A stretch of DNA of 63,920 nt, the filler included, from Octopus bimaculoides (taxonomy: Eukaryota): the NCBI RefSeq assembly GCF_001194135.2. It is 8 parts of 7 records of this genome, joined end to end, with 100 filler letters (N's around TTAATTAATTAA, not from the genome) between each part and the next. Parts side by side here need not be neighbours in the genome. Positions count along the whole stretch, not along the records: positions 1 to 18,792 come from NC_068985.1; 7 more parts are not named here. The stretch is one strand, 5' to 3'. The notes below the pieces were generated by a model that ran no database searches, had not been told where the DNA came from, and saw nothing but the letters and a program-made list of their open reading frames with translations. Made by a program: the position numbers and the translations under genes. Each line of letters starts with the position of its first letter. Position 1 is the first letter of the stretch. Shown one piece after another: positions 1-13,280 of the stretch.

Positions 1-276
1 TGTTGTACTTCGGGATGGTCATTTAATTTATTATTATTATTTGTTTTTTTTTGCCAAGCAAACATTCACACTATATTTTTTTCTTCTTCTGTTTATTACT
101 GTTATTTTATTATTATTACTACTTTGACGCCTGTCAAATGGACAATGAACAGCCATCAAAATAATAAAATAACAGTTGTAAATGAGTGAAAAAAATAAAT
201 ATAGTGTGTGTGTTTATCTGGCAAAAAAAACAAATAATAATAATAATAAATAAAATGACCATCCCGAAGTACAACA
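1..276. mobile_element. Fold-back / MITE-like palindromic element (left end may be cut by the window edge)
   Basis: tgttgtacttcgggatggtcattt (1-24) is inverted at 253-276. The imperfect arms extend about 85 bp, with a second inner arm pair at 99-114 and 160-175. Confidence 0.7.
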
Positions 277-812
277 ATATCTGTTTCAGCACACGATTTC
301 ACATCTAGAATCTTGCAAAACAAATTGATAAACATGTGTAACAACGATGATAATGATGATGATGATGATAGATATATAATGTTAATATTTATTCCTTGTG
401 GTCTTAGAAAGTAGTCCCATTGACCACAACATGTGGATATCATCTTATTAACTGCATGAATCTTTACCGTGTGTTTACTATCTTGACAAATATTCAATGG
501 CCCTTACTCTCAATATATCAACATGGAAACATTTGATTGCCACTGAAGGCTTTTTCATCTATTTATTTCTTGACTTAGAATATTTGACATTTCCTTAACC
601 AGTGATCATGCCATTAACCGAATTGCATAATGCTCTATTATATCTCAAAAGATTTCTTTCTCCATAACCTTGTCATTAAAGTTAGCAACTCTATTGTTGT
701 GTTTATATTCAACAGTTTACACAAATTAAATCTTTTCCTTTATCATCAAAAATGGTTGAAGAAATGAAGCTTTGCAAAATTAAAAGGTCATAGAAACAAT
801 ATTTAATAATAA

Positions 813-1019
813 TTATTTCTACTCTAGGCACAGGACCTTGAAAATTTTGGGGGAAGGGGCCAAGTTGATTAAATTGACTCCAGTGCATAACTGGTACTTA
901 TTTCATAGACCCTGAAAGGATGAAAGGCAAAGTTGACCTCATCAGAATTTGAACTCCGAAACGTAGCGGCAGGTGAAATACCGCTAAGTGTTTTGCCCAG
1001 CGTGCTAACGATTCTGCCA
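813..1019 (-). mobile_element. tRNA-derived SINE, family A
   Basis: The minus strand reads TGGCAGAATCGTTAGC (A-box-like), GAGTTCAAATTC (B-box-like), the core GCCTTTCATCCTTTC..AAGTACCAG and an (ATT)n tail. The core resembles Deu/Nin-type SINE domains from memory. Confidence 0.85.
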
Positions 1020-1233
1020 TAATGGTATAATAATATTTAATGAATTTATAATGATGGTAGTTGTAATAGTTATAAGATAAAATCAAAAAACAAAATTTAT
1101 ATAAATAGCTTGAGGATCCAGATTACAAGTTGTAATTATGCTCTTGAGTGAACAGTCTCCAGGATAAAATCTTCTAACCTGTAGAGTAATGAAATAAATT
1201 CTTACATAATGATAATAATAATAATAATAATAA

Positions 1234-1366
1234 TTCTTTCTACCTCAGACACAAGGCCTGAAATTTTTGGGGTGGGGATGGTGGCTAGTTGAAAACATCA
1301 ACCCTAGTATTCAACTAATACTTATTTTATCAACTCCAAAAGGATGAAAGGCAAAGTCAACCTTAT
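1234..1366 (-). mobile_element. SINE family A, 3' half
   Basis: Contains the aggatgaaaggcaaagtcaacc core and acaaggcctgaaattt, and is flanked by (AAT)n. Confidence 0.8.
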
Positions 1367-1373
1367 CAGTAGT

Positions 1374-1423
<50 letters not shown>

Positions 1424-1469
1424 GACCCATCAAGCTGAGCAAAATTACAGTCATGGCAGATACTGGTGT

Positions 1470-1674
1470 CACACAAATGGCACCCATGCTGGTGGCAGGT
1501 AAAAGCACCCACTACACCCTGAGAATAGTTGGCATTAGGAAAGGCATCCAGCCGTAGAAAACCATGCGAAATCAGACTGAAGTCTGGTGCAGCTTTTCAG
1601 CCTTACCAGCCCTGGTCAAACCATCCAACCCATGCCAGCATGGACAAAGGATGTTAAATAATGATGATGATGAT
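1470..1674 (+). mobile_element. RTE-type LINE/SINE 3' tail repeat (family B)
   Basis: ggcattaggaaaggcatccagccgtagaaa...catccaacccatgccagcatgga...ttaaat(GAT)n. Related copies lie at about 9210-9350, 10070-10400, 16603-16688 and 23722-23925. Confidence 0.75.
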
Positions 1675-1675
1675 G

Positions 1676-1890
1676 AATCCTTTCTACTAAAGCACAAGGC
1701 CTGAACTTTGTTGGGAGGGGACTAGTCATTTACATCGACCCCAGTGTTTCACTGGTACTTAATTTATCGACCCCAGAAGGATGAAAGGCAAAGTTGATCT
1801 CAATGGAATTTGAACTCAGAATGTAGTGACAGGTAAAATACTGCTAAGCATTTTGTCTGGCATGCTAATGATTCTGCCAGCTCTCCACTT
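1676..1890 (-). mobile_element. SINE family A, near full length
   Basis: Same A/B-box head and core as 813-1019. Confidence 0.85.
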
Positions 1891-1897
1891 TAATAAC

Positions 1898-1941
<44 letters not shown>

Positions 1942-2367
1942 CAACAGTAATTTCTGTATTGGGCACAAATGCCCAAGACATTGGGGACAACCACAAAACA
2001 GTGGGTATTTCCATGAAATAAAAAAGGAAAATAATAAGAACAATAGAATTGTAACAAAGAAACGGTCCCAAATAAGGAGACAGGCAGCTACCTAAAAACA
2101 GTCAAGGAACACCATATTTAAGATTACTCAAACTACCCTACTGTCATTCTCAGGTGTACATACAGGTCCCTTCCCGTCTTTACTATCATTTTTTTACTTC
2201 TCAGAGCTCTTAATCTTACTTGCTTTGGTTGATTCTGTGAGAGCAGACAACAACCTGTTGTGAAAGGTTTTACAGGGTTTTTTTCCACAAATGATAAGAC
2301 TTGGTTCTTTGGTGTTAAATATTGTATTATTATTATTATTATTATTAGAATTATTATTATTATTATT

Positions 2368-2578
2368 AAGGCAGTGAGTTGGTGCCAAAACTGTTAGCAT
2401 GCCAGGCAAAATGCTTAGTGGTACGTTGCTATGTTCTGAGTTTAAATTCTGCCGAGCTTGACTTTGACTTTCATCCTTTTGGAGTCAATAAACTAAGTAC
2501 CAGTTGAACACTGGGGGTTGATATAATCAAATATTCCCCTCCCACCAAATTTCAGGCCTTGTGCCTATAGTATAAAGG

Positions 2579-2580
<2 letters not shown>
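2368..2580 (+). mobile_element. SINE family A, near full length
   Basis: gttctgagtttaaattctgccgag head, gactttcatccttttggagtc core, (ATT)n on both sides. Confidence 0.85.
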
Positions 2581-2623
<43 letters not shown>

Positions 2624-2655
2624 ATTAGCATTATTATTGTTATTATTATTATTAT

Positions 2656-2872
2656 AAAGACAACAAGCTGGCAGAATCGTTAGCACACCAGGCAAAATGC
2701 TCAGCAGCATCTTATCTGTCTTTACGTTCTGAGTTCAAATTCCACTGAGATGGACTTTGCCTTTCATCCTTTCAGGGTCGACAAAATAAGTACCAGTTGA
2801 GCAGTGGGGTGGATGTAATCAGTTATCCTGCTCCCTCAAAATCTGAGGCCTTGTGCCTATATTAGAAAAGAT
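2656..2872 (+). mobile_element. SINE family A, near full length
   Basis: gctggcagaatcgttagcac head, gttcaaattcc B-box, (ATT)n on both sides. Confidence 0.85.
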
Positions 2873-3117
2873 TATTATTATTATTATTGTCTCCTTCATC
2901 TGATGTCTTTGGCAATAAAAGAAATTTTTTAGGTTATTTTTGACCTTAGCACAATTTGAGCTTGGAACACCGAGAAAAAAATTGTAAAGAATCATATCCT
3001 TTTACTACTTTGACCATATTGAAAAGTATATTATTCACGTGGGTAAGATGATCTAAGTTTTTACTCTGGAATCAGTACAACTTATCACTTGGTAGTAGAT
3101 TTGAACAATCAGTCAAT

Positions 3118-3149
<32 letters not shown>

Positions 3150-3241
3150 CAAAATTTAGATTCAGATGAATTAGGTACTTAAGTTGAGGCAACAGAATTT
3201 AGTATGGTATTATCCATACAGTTTCAAAATAAGGTGATTAA

Positions 3242-3527
3242 AATCAAAATAAGCAACAGGATATCCAGAAGTAATGCAGTACGATTGTTTCAAGTGACTC
3301 CATTTAATTGAACAATGCAACCATTACATCAGTTTAAATGCAGAGCAATCCTTAGCTGCATACATACATAGAATTAAATTAAATTAAAACAGATGGACAC
3401 ATTAGTATAATTTTACCTAAAACCTCCAAGAAGGTAAGGAGATAGACAAAGAACATGCTGTCTTCACCTGGAGTCGCTTGAAACGATCGTACTGCATTAT
3501 CTCTGGATATCCTGTTGCTATTTTGAT

Positions 3528-3528
<1 letters not shown>
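3242..3528. repeat. Inverted repeat with about 60-bp arms
   Basis: 3242-3302 aligns to the reverse complement of 3469-3528 with a few differences. Confidence 0.8.
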
Positions 3529-3558
<30 letters not shown>

Positions 3559-5984
3559 GTGTGTGTGTGCATATATAACACATGCACACACATATGCAAA
3601 TACATTATTGTCATTGAATTACTCCACAGTACTACTGCAAGTTAATAGATCAAGCTTCCTGCTACTCCTGAGTCTATAGGTTAATATATATATCTAGATA
3701 TTATAACAACAACTACAGCAGAATGGTTGAAGATATTTTCTTGTTATCTATATTCTGAGGCATCCACATGAATATAATAACATATTTAAAGGGTTCTATA
3801 CTTTAGTGTTGTTTAAAGGCTTCATTGAAGATACATTTAACTATAATGAAAACATATCTGTTTGTTTTGTATAAGACTTGTGTATTTTCCCACCTTTTTT
3901 TTTTTTTACTTAAATTCTAGATGTTTAACCCTAGTTTAATTTCCCACTGAGGGGAAATTATTCCTTGTACAACAGGGCAGCTGTTTTCATTCATTTTATT
4001 TATATATTTTATATTTTTAATGTCATGTGGATGAAAACTGATGAAATTAATGTCGACATTGTTTACAAAATCTGATTCTGTTTCTCTTTATCTCCACGTA
4101 AATAAAATAAAAAATAAAAAAATCCGAAAATAAACATACTCATAAGGAAGCATATCAAATACCTTGATACTGTTATGTATACATTCAGCTGCCAGAATAT
4201 TCTTGCTTAATAAAATATGCCAATCTCAGCATATGTTTGTTTTGTTATTGTTTCAGCTCTCACAACATACATGCACGCACATGCCATGACATGTACATAT
4301 AGGAAAGCAAGCACACACATGCATGTCCACATGCACACATACAAATTATTCATACAGTTATTCTCCTTTTTATGTAGATACAGGGTTTCTGGATTTGTTT
4401 TGCATTCCAATCTGATTTAGTCCTGACATTGTTGAATAATTCTGTCCCCGTTATATTTCATCTTAGTGCTCTCGTTTCTTATTCTCCATTTCAAAAATAA
4501 GCAAATACAACAAACATTAGGATGAAGTACCTTAATTATCAGTCAATTAATTATTGAAACAGATTAAATGCATCTTTGAAATATATGAGGATCTTTTACT
4601 GTTTTGATTAAAATATGAATAGTTTCATGACTCCTAAATAAGTGTCTGGTGACTCACTAGGCTGACCTAGTCGAGCAATAGCAAACAAAGCAAGAAAAAA
4701 ATTGTATATAATTCTGAATGATAAGTTCATTTATCTTATAGTGGTCTCTTTGTTAATTTCTTGTCTACTTCCATTCTAACAACACTTAAAGAACGTGTGC
4801 CTTCAATTTAATAAATGTCACTATCTTGCTCATACTATCAATGCCCATTGCTTTAATCATTAACATTTGAAATCTAGAATATCTCTGTTCATATTTGAAA
4901 TGGCATCATTTATCACTGCTTCTAAACTGGTGTGCTGGAATACCTGCTACATATTAGTTTCAGCAATCTTTATTATTTCGAATCTTGCAATTGGCAGCTT
5001 TAATATTTAATTCAAACTGTTCATCCATTGAACATTCTTGCTTTTAGAGAAGTGATTTTAGCTTTTTAGCCATATATGTGTACACACACACACACACACA
5101 AATCCATCCATCCATCCATACAAACATACAAGGTGATTGTTCCGTCTTCACAGATAATTGCTGACTCCTTGTGCTTCCTCATTGTCAGTGGTATTTCTGA
5201 CTTTCCATTCATGACCTGCCAGATGACTTTTCAGCCCTGTTACTGATCTGCATTGTTTGAAGCTTAAGTGACAGATAAATGTTTTAACTAACTGTGTAAT
5301 TCCAACTGGTTAGACCTGCACATGTTGCCACTCTTCTGTCACCATAGAACTTTCACTAGATAGGCTGACAAATAAGGTCACCATAAAGCAATATTTTTAT
5401 GTCATTGGATTATAATGATAAATGCTTGTAGTGATAAATACTTGTGCCGCTCTCTGAGTCTCCATGATTAGTATCTAGTTACAGGCCAAAGTGAGATGTC
5501 TTGTAATCTTGTAAAACTGTAGGTTTTACATCAGTGTCCCACTCCTAGAAGAATGTTGTGACAACAGCTTGGGGTCCCTCACTCTTGGTGGTTTTATTGT
5601 GTGCCATGCCACCAACCAAGGATATTCTGTGTTCCCATGCTCAGATGCAATGTCATCACATATGTTAGCTAACTGGGACTCTGACTGATGCTACCACCAT
5701 GGGCCATATACGATGAACTGTTTACCTTGTTCTTTCAAGAAAGCTAGCTCATATAAACACCCATGTTGACTTAGACATCATTTCCTTTCTCTGAGCAGGT
5801 ATGTCATCTATTTTAGGAGCCGTTAATTAAAACCTGGGCACAATAAGGGCCAAGAGGTAGTTCCACACTCCTCAAAATCCTGGAAATCCTGGATGCAGTT
5901 TAAAGTCATACATACATCATACATACATACATACATACATACATACATACATACATGCATTCTTACATGCATGCATTTGCAATC

Positions 5985-6729
5985 TAGAAACAGGAAATAT
6001 CAACCAAGTACCTGATGCACAAAAGGATAGAGATGCAGGAAAAGCTGTAAAATGTGACAACTGATGCAGACTTTGTGGAGTTCACACTGAAGATATCACC
6101 CACATCATATGCAGTTGTCTGAAAATGTCATCACAGTATTATTATCTACCGATGAGACATGATGTTGTAGCAAGGATACTCTATAATATAATCCATCAGA
6201 AGGATAATCCCAAGGACAAAGAAATAAGAACCCACAATACAGTAGAAACCATAGCCACTCATAATAAAAAAGAATGCTGGTGGAATGTACCAGTGAAGAC
6301 CTCAATAAAATGTAAGCACAACAAACCTGATATAATGATTAGGGATAGAGAAGAGAAACTGTGCACAGTTGTGGAAATTAGCTGCCCAGCAAATGTTAAC
6401 ATAAAGCTGAAGATCAGTGAAAAAGAGAACACCTATGCTGAACTGTTGAGAAATCTGAAGTTACTCTATCCAGATTACAAGTTCAGGTTTATACCTGCAA
6501 TTATTGGGGCACTGGGATGTGTAACACACTGCCTAAATACCAATCTTGAGAAATTGAGCTTCTCAATACTAGAAAGGAGAAAGCTAATTCAAAGGCTACA
6601 GATCCAATCCATCACTGGAACTGTAAAAATCTGTAAAACTTTCCAGAAGTTTATCATTTAAACATGTATGAGCCTGTCTAGATATGCAACTATATGCTTG
6701 AGAATACATTCATAAAACATACAAATCTG

Positions 6730-6818
<89 letters not shown>

Positions 6819-6922
6819 TATCTTGTTGTTGATGTTGAAATTCCAATGAAGGAGCCTTGGATCTAGGTTAGAAACCAGCTCCTTCTCTATTGGCAAGAAA
6901 TCTTGAAATAAAACTGAATGAT
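5985..6922 (+). mobile_element. 5'-truncated RLE-type (R4-like) non-LTR retrotransposon
   Basis: Zinc knuckle CRLCG..EDITHIICSC, then RHD, KPDIMI..VVEISCP (PD-(D/E)xK endonuclease) and IIGALG in ORF 6125-6661. The 3' UTR is interrupted by (CA)n and ends in (CATA)n. Confidence 0.9.
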
Positions 6923-7228
6923 GACATACATACATACACCATGCATATTGTGATTTCATTTAGGCATAGTGGTTCTAATAATCACTGGTTAGAACTCAAT
7001 GTACTTAAGCTCTAGAGTAAAGAATTAAATGAGTACAGTGTGTAATATAAATTAATGACTGACAAGAGAACAGGAGTCACATAATCACCTTCATTAGTTT
7101 ACAGCTGTTTCTGGTATAAAAAGCTGTTCACACAGCTCTGAGTGCACTGCTTCTTATAATAGAAAAAGTTGTAAGCAAATGAAAGTGATTACATAACTCC
7201 TGTTGTCATTCATTAATTGATATATGTG

Positions 7229-8460
7229 TTGGGTCATCGCATAAATGATGCGGTTTTTTATATACTTCTTTTGTTTTTCAAAATTAAGATAAACAAAGTT
7301 CTTTCTTAATCTAAAATATGCTCTCCTTCATTTTCTACAATGCTCTTCCATCTATCTGGTAGACATGCAAGGCCCCTCTTCCAAAATTCACTTGTCTGTG
7401 ACAAAAAAATACTCCTCCAGTACTGTTCTGACCTCACCTACAGAATTCATATTTTCTCTGTCCAAATGATTTTGAAGACTGCAGAATAAATGATAATCAG
7501 ATGAGGCAATTTCCAGTGAATACAGTGGGGTATCGTATCCCTTTCAAACTATTCCAGCCTTTGGAATGTCGTCCTCACTGAATGTGGTTGAGCATTATCC
7601 TGATGGAAGAACACCTTTTGTCTTGAAACCAAAGCTGGTTGTTTTTCTTCTAGTGCTGACTTAAGCTGCTCACAGTAGATCTCCTGTGTTATCATTTGGT
7701 TTGAGTTTAAAAGTTCAAAGTGGACTAAACCTTTCATATCCCACCAAACAGATATCAACACCTTACATGGGTGAAAACCTTCTTTAGCTTGGAGTGCTGG
7801 TGTTTTCCTTTCCCTACCCAGTCTTCGGCACTTTTTTATAGAGGACATTTTTATAGAGAACCCATTTCTCGTCACCAGTCACTATTCGGTCCAAAAAAAA
7901 AAAAGGTTCATTCACTCTCTGTGCACGATTAGACTTGGAGAGTTTGTGAGGAACCCATTGACCCAAATTGCTGCCATTTCTGATGGCATGCAGGTGTTGA
8001 TGACTAGTTAAAAGGCCAAATCCAAGCTTCTCTGCTAGTTCCTCAACAGTTACAATGGGATTTTGTCCCACCAGGATTTAAAGGATGTCCTCGTCAAACT
8101 CTACAGATCTTCTAGGAAGAGGCTCGTCTTCTAGGCTGTAATTTCTGGAACCACTGTTGATATTAGCTTACGCTTATTGTCCGATCCCCATATACTGCAT
8201 TAAAATTCCTCGCACTTTCCATTGTGCCGTTGCCTTTATTGGACTCATAAAGCAAAATATGCCAAATATGCTCCTTTGTCACTTTCATTATGACTTCGAA
8301 AAAATAACTGTTAAAATCGAACCACACTCTTCAAAACTTGCACTAAGAATAAGGACAAGGTAAAATTACTACCTGCTTTTATAGCAAGTTGATGCAGGTA
8401 GTTTATCCACTTTTAGTTTATGCAATTGAAAAAAACCGCATTATTAATGGGATGACCCAA
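7229..8460 (-). mobile_element. Full-length decayed mariner transposon
   Basis: Imperfect 30-bp TIRs at 7229-7258 and 8431-8460, with TA on the right flank (left flank is TG). Frameshifted motifs WVPHKL, DRIVTGDEKWVLY, VWWDMKG and HQDNAQPH. Confidence 0.93.
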
Positions 8461-9480
8461 TATATATAGTTTTGCAGTTTAGTTGAATGCTATTAACTTC
8501 AGTAATAGCAGATGTGTTTCAAAGATTGTATTCTTAGACATTTTAAGTAGAATGTGGTTTTTACAATTTGTTTGTATTTTCATGTTTTTTTTTTATTTAA
8601 TGTTTGCCCTCTGACCCTGTAATTAAGAATGAATTACTAATAATTTACTTACTTTTAGGATGCGAGTTGCTACTACTGTTGTCATTGCTACAAAATAATG
8701 TTACTATATTATTGCTGTTGCTATTATAAATGATACTAAACGCGATATATTTTTTTCTGCTGTTCGTATTACCTCCCTTACATCAGCTTGATATTGTAAA
8801 CACTTATGTTTGACGTTATTTACTATTTTTCACCTCCTTGAGTTCTATAAATTGTGTTGCTTTCGTTTGTTTGTTTAATCAACGTGAGTAAATTAATTCT
8901 GGAGCGCTGCCCTCAAAATAAGATGCATTAACAAGTCTATCATAAAGCTTTTTTGAATTCGCATTTTACATGCTATCTTCAGGATAATTCAGCTTTGCTG
9001 TTTATTGACACTATGCCAATGCGTATTCTTTCATATTAATTTGTATGCATAACATTCAGATACGAAATCAAAACAAAAAGAAAAAGAACTCATACATCGC
9101 CATTAACCTTATATATATATAAACATTTTCCCACAAAGGCATATTTTCCATAATACCCTATTATCTTTCCAGCTGATTCCTCTTTGTATAACTTTGATAT
9201 CAACTGTAATATTACGTCTATTTTTTATGGTGGTATGGGTTGGATAGTTTGACAGGAACCGATGGGTTGGTAGATGTTGTTTTGCTCCAGTGTCACAGTT
9301 TGTGCATGGTTTCTTAGTCTGGATACCCTTTCTAATGTGACCCACATTTGAGTGTTTTTTAAGGTAATACTAATAAGGTCACCTTGTCATTTGGAAAAAA
9401 TTTAGAGACCCCCATGTGTTGAGAAGTTAAAGCATGATAAGAACAGGTTTATTGTTGTCAGAAGGTGCCTCTGGAGAAAC

Positions 9481-9798
9481 TGGCACTCCATTAGTTATGA
9501 TGAAGGCTCTAGTTGATCCAGTCAATGGAACAGCCTGCTTGTGAAATTAACATACAAGTGGCTGAGCACTCCACAGACACATTTATCCTTAGTGTAGTTT
9601 TCAGGGAGATTCAGCGTGACACAATGTGACAAGGCTGACCCTTTGAATTATAGGAACTACTCAATTTTACCAACTGAGTGGACTGGAGCAATGTGAAATA
9701 AAGTGTCTTGCTCAAGGATGCAATGCGCTGTTGGGAATCGAACTCACAACCTTTTGATCGTGAGCTGAATACCCTAACCACTAAGCTACATGCCTCCA
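9481..9798 (-). mobile_element. tRNA-derived SINE, family C
   Basis: Head ..GGTTAGGGTATTCAGCTC..GTTCGATTCCC, central ttgagcaagacacttta..tgctccagtccac, and a 3' half shared with 12061-12449. Confidence 0.85.
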
Positions 9799-10406
9799 CT
9801 GTCTGGGGAGAAACTAATTGAGACAGTGTTGGAGAAGGGATTAATTGGAAGGAAAGAGAAAGAATAGTGTTAGGAGTTAATGAGAGTGAGTTAGAGAATG
9901 ATAAAGAAGGTAGTGGAGTGGGTTGAGTAAGAGGAATTTAGGACTACCCACCTCCCATGATATATATATATGGGTAGATGAGGCTGGGCTGAACCCATAG
10001 CATACAAGACAATTAACTGAGTATGGAGTCTTACAGTTTGTTGTATCCTGTTACTGGTGTTGTGTAGTCATTATCATCATTGTCATCATTTAACACCTGT
10101 TTTTCTGTGTTGGCATGGTTTGGATGGTCTGACAGGAGCTGCACCAAATTCCATAGTCTGTTTTGGCTTGATTTGTACAGCTGGATACCTTTCCTACCAC
10201 CAACCACTTTACAGAGTGTATTGGGTGCTTTGTATGTGGCTTCATCATCAATGCTTTTTACTTGGCACCGTCACCAGTGCTTTTTACTTGGCACCATCAC
10301 CAGTGCTTTTTATGTGGCACCTGCACCAGTGCTTTTTATGTGTACCAGCCCCAGTGCTTTTTACAGGGCACCAGTGCTCTTCGTGGGCAAGCATTACCAA
10401 GGTAGT

Positions 10407-10761
10407 CATCATCATCATCATCATCGTTTAACATCTGCTTTCCATGCTAGCATGGGTTGGACGATTTGACTGAGGACTGGTGCAACCGGATGGCTACATC
10501 AGGCTCCAATCTGATTTGGCAGAGTTTCTACAGCTGGATGCCCTTCCTAACGCCAACCACTCAGAGAGTGTAGTGGGTGCTTTTACGTGTCACCCGCACG
10601 AAGGCCAGTCAGGTGGTACTGGCAACGGCCACGCTCAAAATGGTGTATTTTATGTGCCACCCACACAAGAGCCAGTCCAGTGGCACTGGCAATGATCTCG
10701 CTCGAAAATCTTATGAAGGCCAGTCAGGCAGTACTGGCAACGGCCACGCTCAAAATGGTGT
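10407..10761 (-). mobile_element. Young family B RTE-tail repeat with internal 47-bp direct duplication
   Basis: (CAT)n-gtttaac..gcatgggttggacg..ggatgcccttcctaacgccaacc. 10600-10646 is repeated at 10715-10761 with 2 mismatches. Highly similar to 18558-18792. Confidence 0.85.
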
Positions 10762-11679
10762 GTAGTGTTAAATATTACTGATTGTCACTTAGTTAAAACT
10801 CTTAACATTCAATAACCGAGTTCACTTAGCTTAAATGTTTTATCTCAGATCAGTTTTTATAAACCAGATCTATGACCAAAAATGTTTCATCCATGACCAT
10901 CTTGTCTTTTTCAGATGTAGTGTATCTAGGACAAGATTATCCAATGTATTCCGCTTTTCTTTGAGACAGTGACAATATTGTTTGTAATTTTTTTTTTTTT
11001 TTTTACTGTTAAATCGTTGAAATACTTCACAAAATGCATAATATCAAATATTTCTGTTTTTATGCAAACTAGATTCAATTTTATTTTGTAGCCATTATTT
11101 TCACATCCATTATTCATGTGTTTCATTCTTGCAGTAAAGTTTACTAGTTATGCTTGTTTGCTAGTTATACCTTGAAAAAGTTGCAAAACAATTTGGACTT
11201 CCGTTAGAAAATATCTGTTCCTTCAAATCTTTGCACATTTTTAAAAATATTATTTTGAGCATTCTTTCTGCTATTCTTAAAATCTGAACCACAGAATGAT
11301 TTTAGTAAGGGGTAAAAACAGTAAATAGCTGTTCTCTCTAACTGTGTGCTTATGTGCACATTCATGTTTTACGACTAAGGAGAAAAGAAAAAACAGTTTG
11401 CGGGATGCAATCGGATTTTTTAATTGAAGTAATTTGGGTGATGGTTATTCACATGGATGTACACAATGTGCAAAGAAAGACAAAATTTGCACACAATGCA
11501 AATTTCTGAACACACCCACAGTAAAAAACAAAAAAAAAAAAAATTAACAAGAATATTGTTAATGGCGAAGATTTGTTCTATAGTTATAACAAGAGAATTC
11601 TACATTATATCTCATTTTACTTTGATGCCTATCCTTAGTTTGGCGAAACCCAATAGTGTTAATTAAGTCATTTCAACTT

Positions 11680-13280
11680 TCTCCAATAAGCACACCATTC
11701 TCTTTGACAAATCTTCTGCTGGTTCTGATTTCATATCTAAAATTGTTGAAATATTTACCAGTCTTTTCTTCTGCAGCTCTATGTGTTGATAGATCCAGTG
11801 GAAAAATGTATGGAAATAGTGGATATCATGAAATTTTTTTCCTTGAATTTAATCTTCTTCATATTTGTTGATATCCATGTTTTTCAGCTCTGCTAGCAGC
11901 ATCTCTCCTGATACCAGGAGATAAAGATTATTGATGCTAAGCCTGAGACAACCTGTTAGATATCTGTGTGTCTCACTGAGAATGGTGTCAAGAGAGCTTG
12001 TACTTAAAGGTCAATCTCAGACTGGACAAGCATATTTTGCAATGATGTGATATTGACCCGTGGAGGTGCAATGGCCCAGTGGTTAGGGCAGCGGACTCGC
12101 GTTCATAGGATCGCGGTTTCGATTCCCAGACCGAGTGTTGTGAGTGTTTATTGAGCGAAAACACCTAAAGCTCCACGAGGCTCCGGCAGGGGATGATGGC
12201 AAACCCTGCTGTACTCTTCCACCACAACTTTCTCTCACTCTTACTTCCTGTTTCTGTTGTGCCTGTAATTCAAAGGGTCAGCCTTGTCACACTGTGTCAC
12301 GCTGAATATCCCCGAGAACTATGTTAAGGGTACACATGTCTGTGGAATGCTCGGCCACTTGCACCTTAATTTCATGAGCAGGCTGTTCCGTTGATCAGAT
12401 CAACTGGAACCCTCGACGTCGTAAGCGAAGGAGTGCCAACAACAACAACGATATTGACCCAATACTGTTATTTTGACTTAAACCCTTCTGAAAAGTTATT
12501 ACTTTCATATAATATCATTCTGTGCTCACTTTGGACCTTAGATTATTTAAGTGTTTCCTGAATGCTGGACTACTGTCTTGTAGTCAGCATATTTGGGATT
12601 CCAGTAGTGTTCCATTTTGCCCCAGACTATAAAATATTTAACTTAACTTTGAATTTGTTTCATTGCTTTTTAAAAGGGGTTCAGAAACTTGTATTTTTAC
12701 AGGGTTAGCAATTAATTGATGGTCTTTATAGTTTCAGCTTAGATTGTTTAAAGTGCAAGTCAGGTTTCAATTTTTTTATTTTGAGGTAAATTAAATAATA
12801 CTTGAGACAGTTTTAGGTTTGGGGACTACCTTCTCACACATTATTGGTATTTTCTTATTAGTGAATTCTGAATCAGGGTTGTCATCATATTTCTAGTGTC
12901 TACCATTGAACGATTTTGTTTGTGAAGCAAAGATCATTGTTTTCTGCCCTAGAATTAACTTTTCCTTCAATGTTACTAATTTGAGTAAACCTCATTGAAT
13001 ATTATGACTATTAAATTCTTCAATAATGAAGATGTATTTATAAGTGGTATCTCACAATCCAGAAAGGGCAAACCATAAAGTTTCTAAATCAGTATTATTA
13101 TGAATTATTTCCATTACAATATTATTTCTACTTCCATGTATTGCTATAATAGACATTTTGTTTTTTTTTCATAAATAGAGCCTTTCTGTGTTGCCAACTT
13201 ATCATGTGCTCTTATTTCTTCTGTGATAAAAAATACTGCTACTTACTGGGTTTCATTTTAGGATTGCGCATACTTTCCAT
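11680..13280 (-). mobile_element. Highly degraded Penelope-like RT remnant, interrupted by a SINE
   Basis: Only weak frameshifted similarity to PLE motifs (KDH..NP..LNP near 12680-12740; RDDGL-like near 11690). Confidence 0.3.
12061..12449 (+). mobile_element. Full-length young tRNA-derived SINE, family C
   Basis: TGGCCCAGTGGTTAGGGC A-box, GTTTCGATTCCC B-box, CpG-rich, (AAC)n tail. Confidence 0.9.

Noticed and set aside
4034-4062. CTGATGA followed by the palindrome aatgtcgacatt
   Set aside because: No GAAA and no stem I or III.
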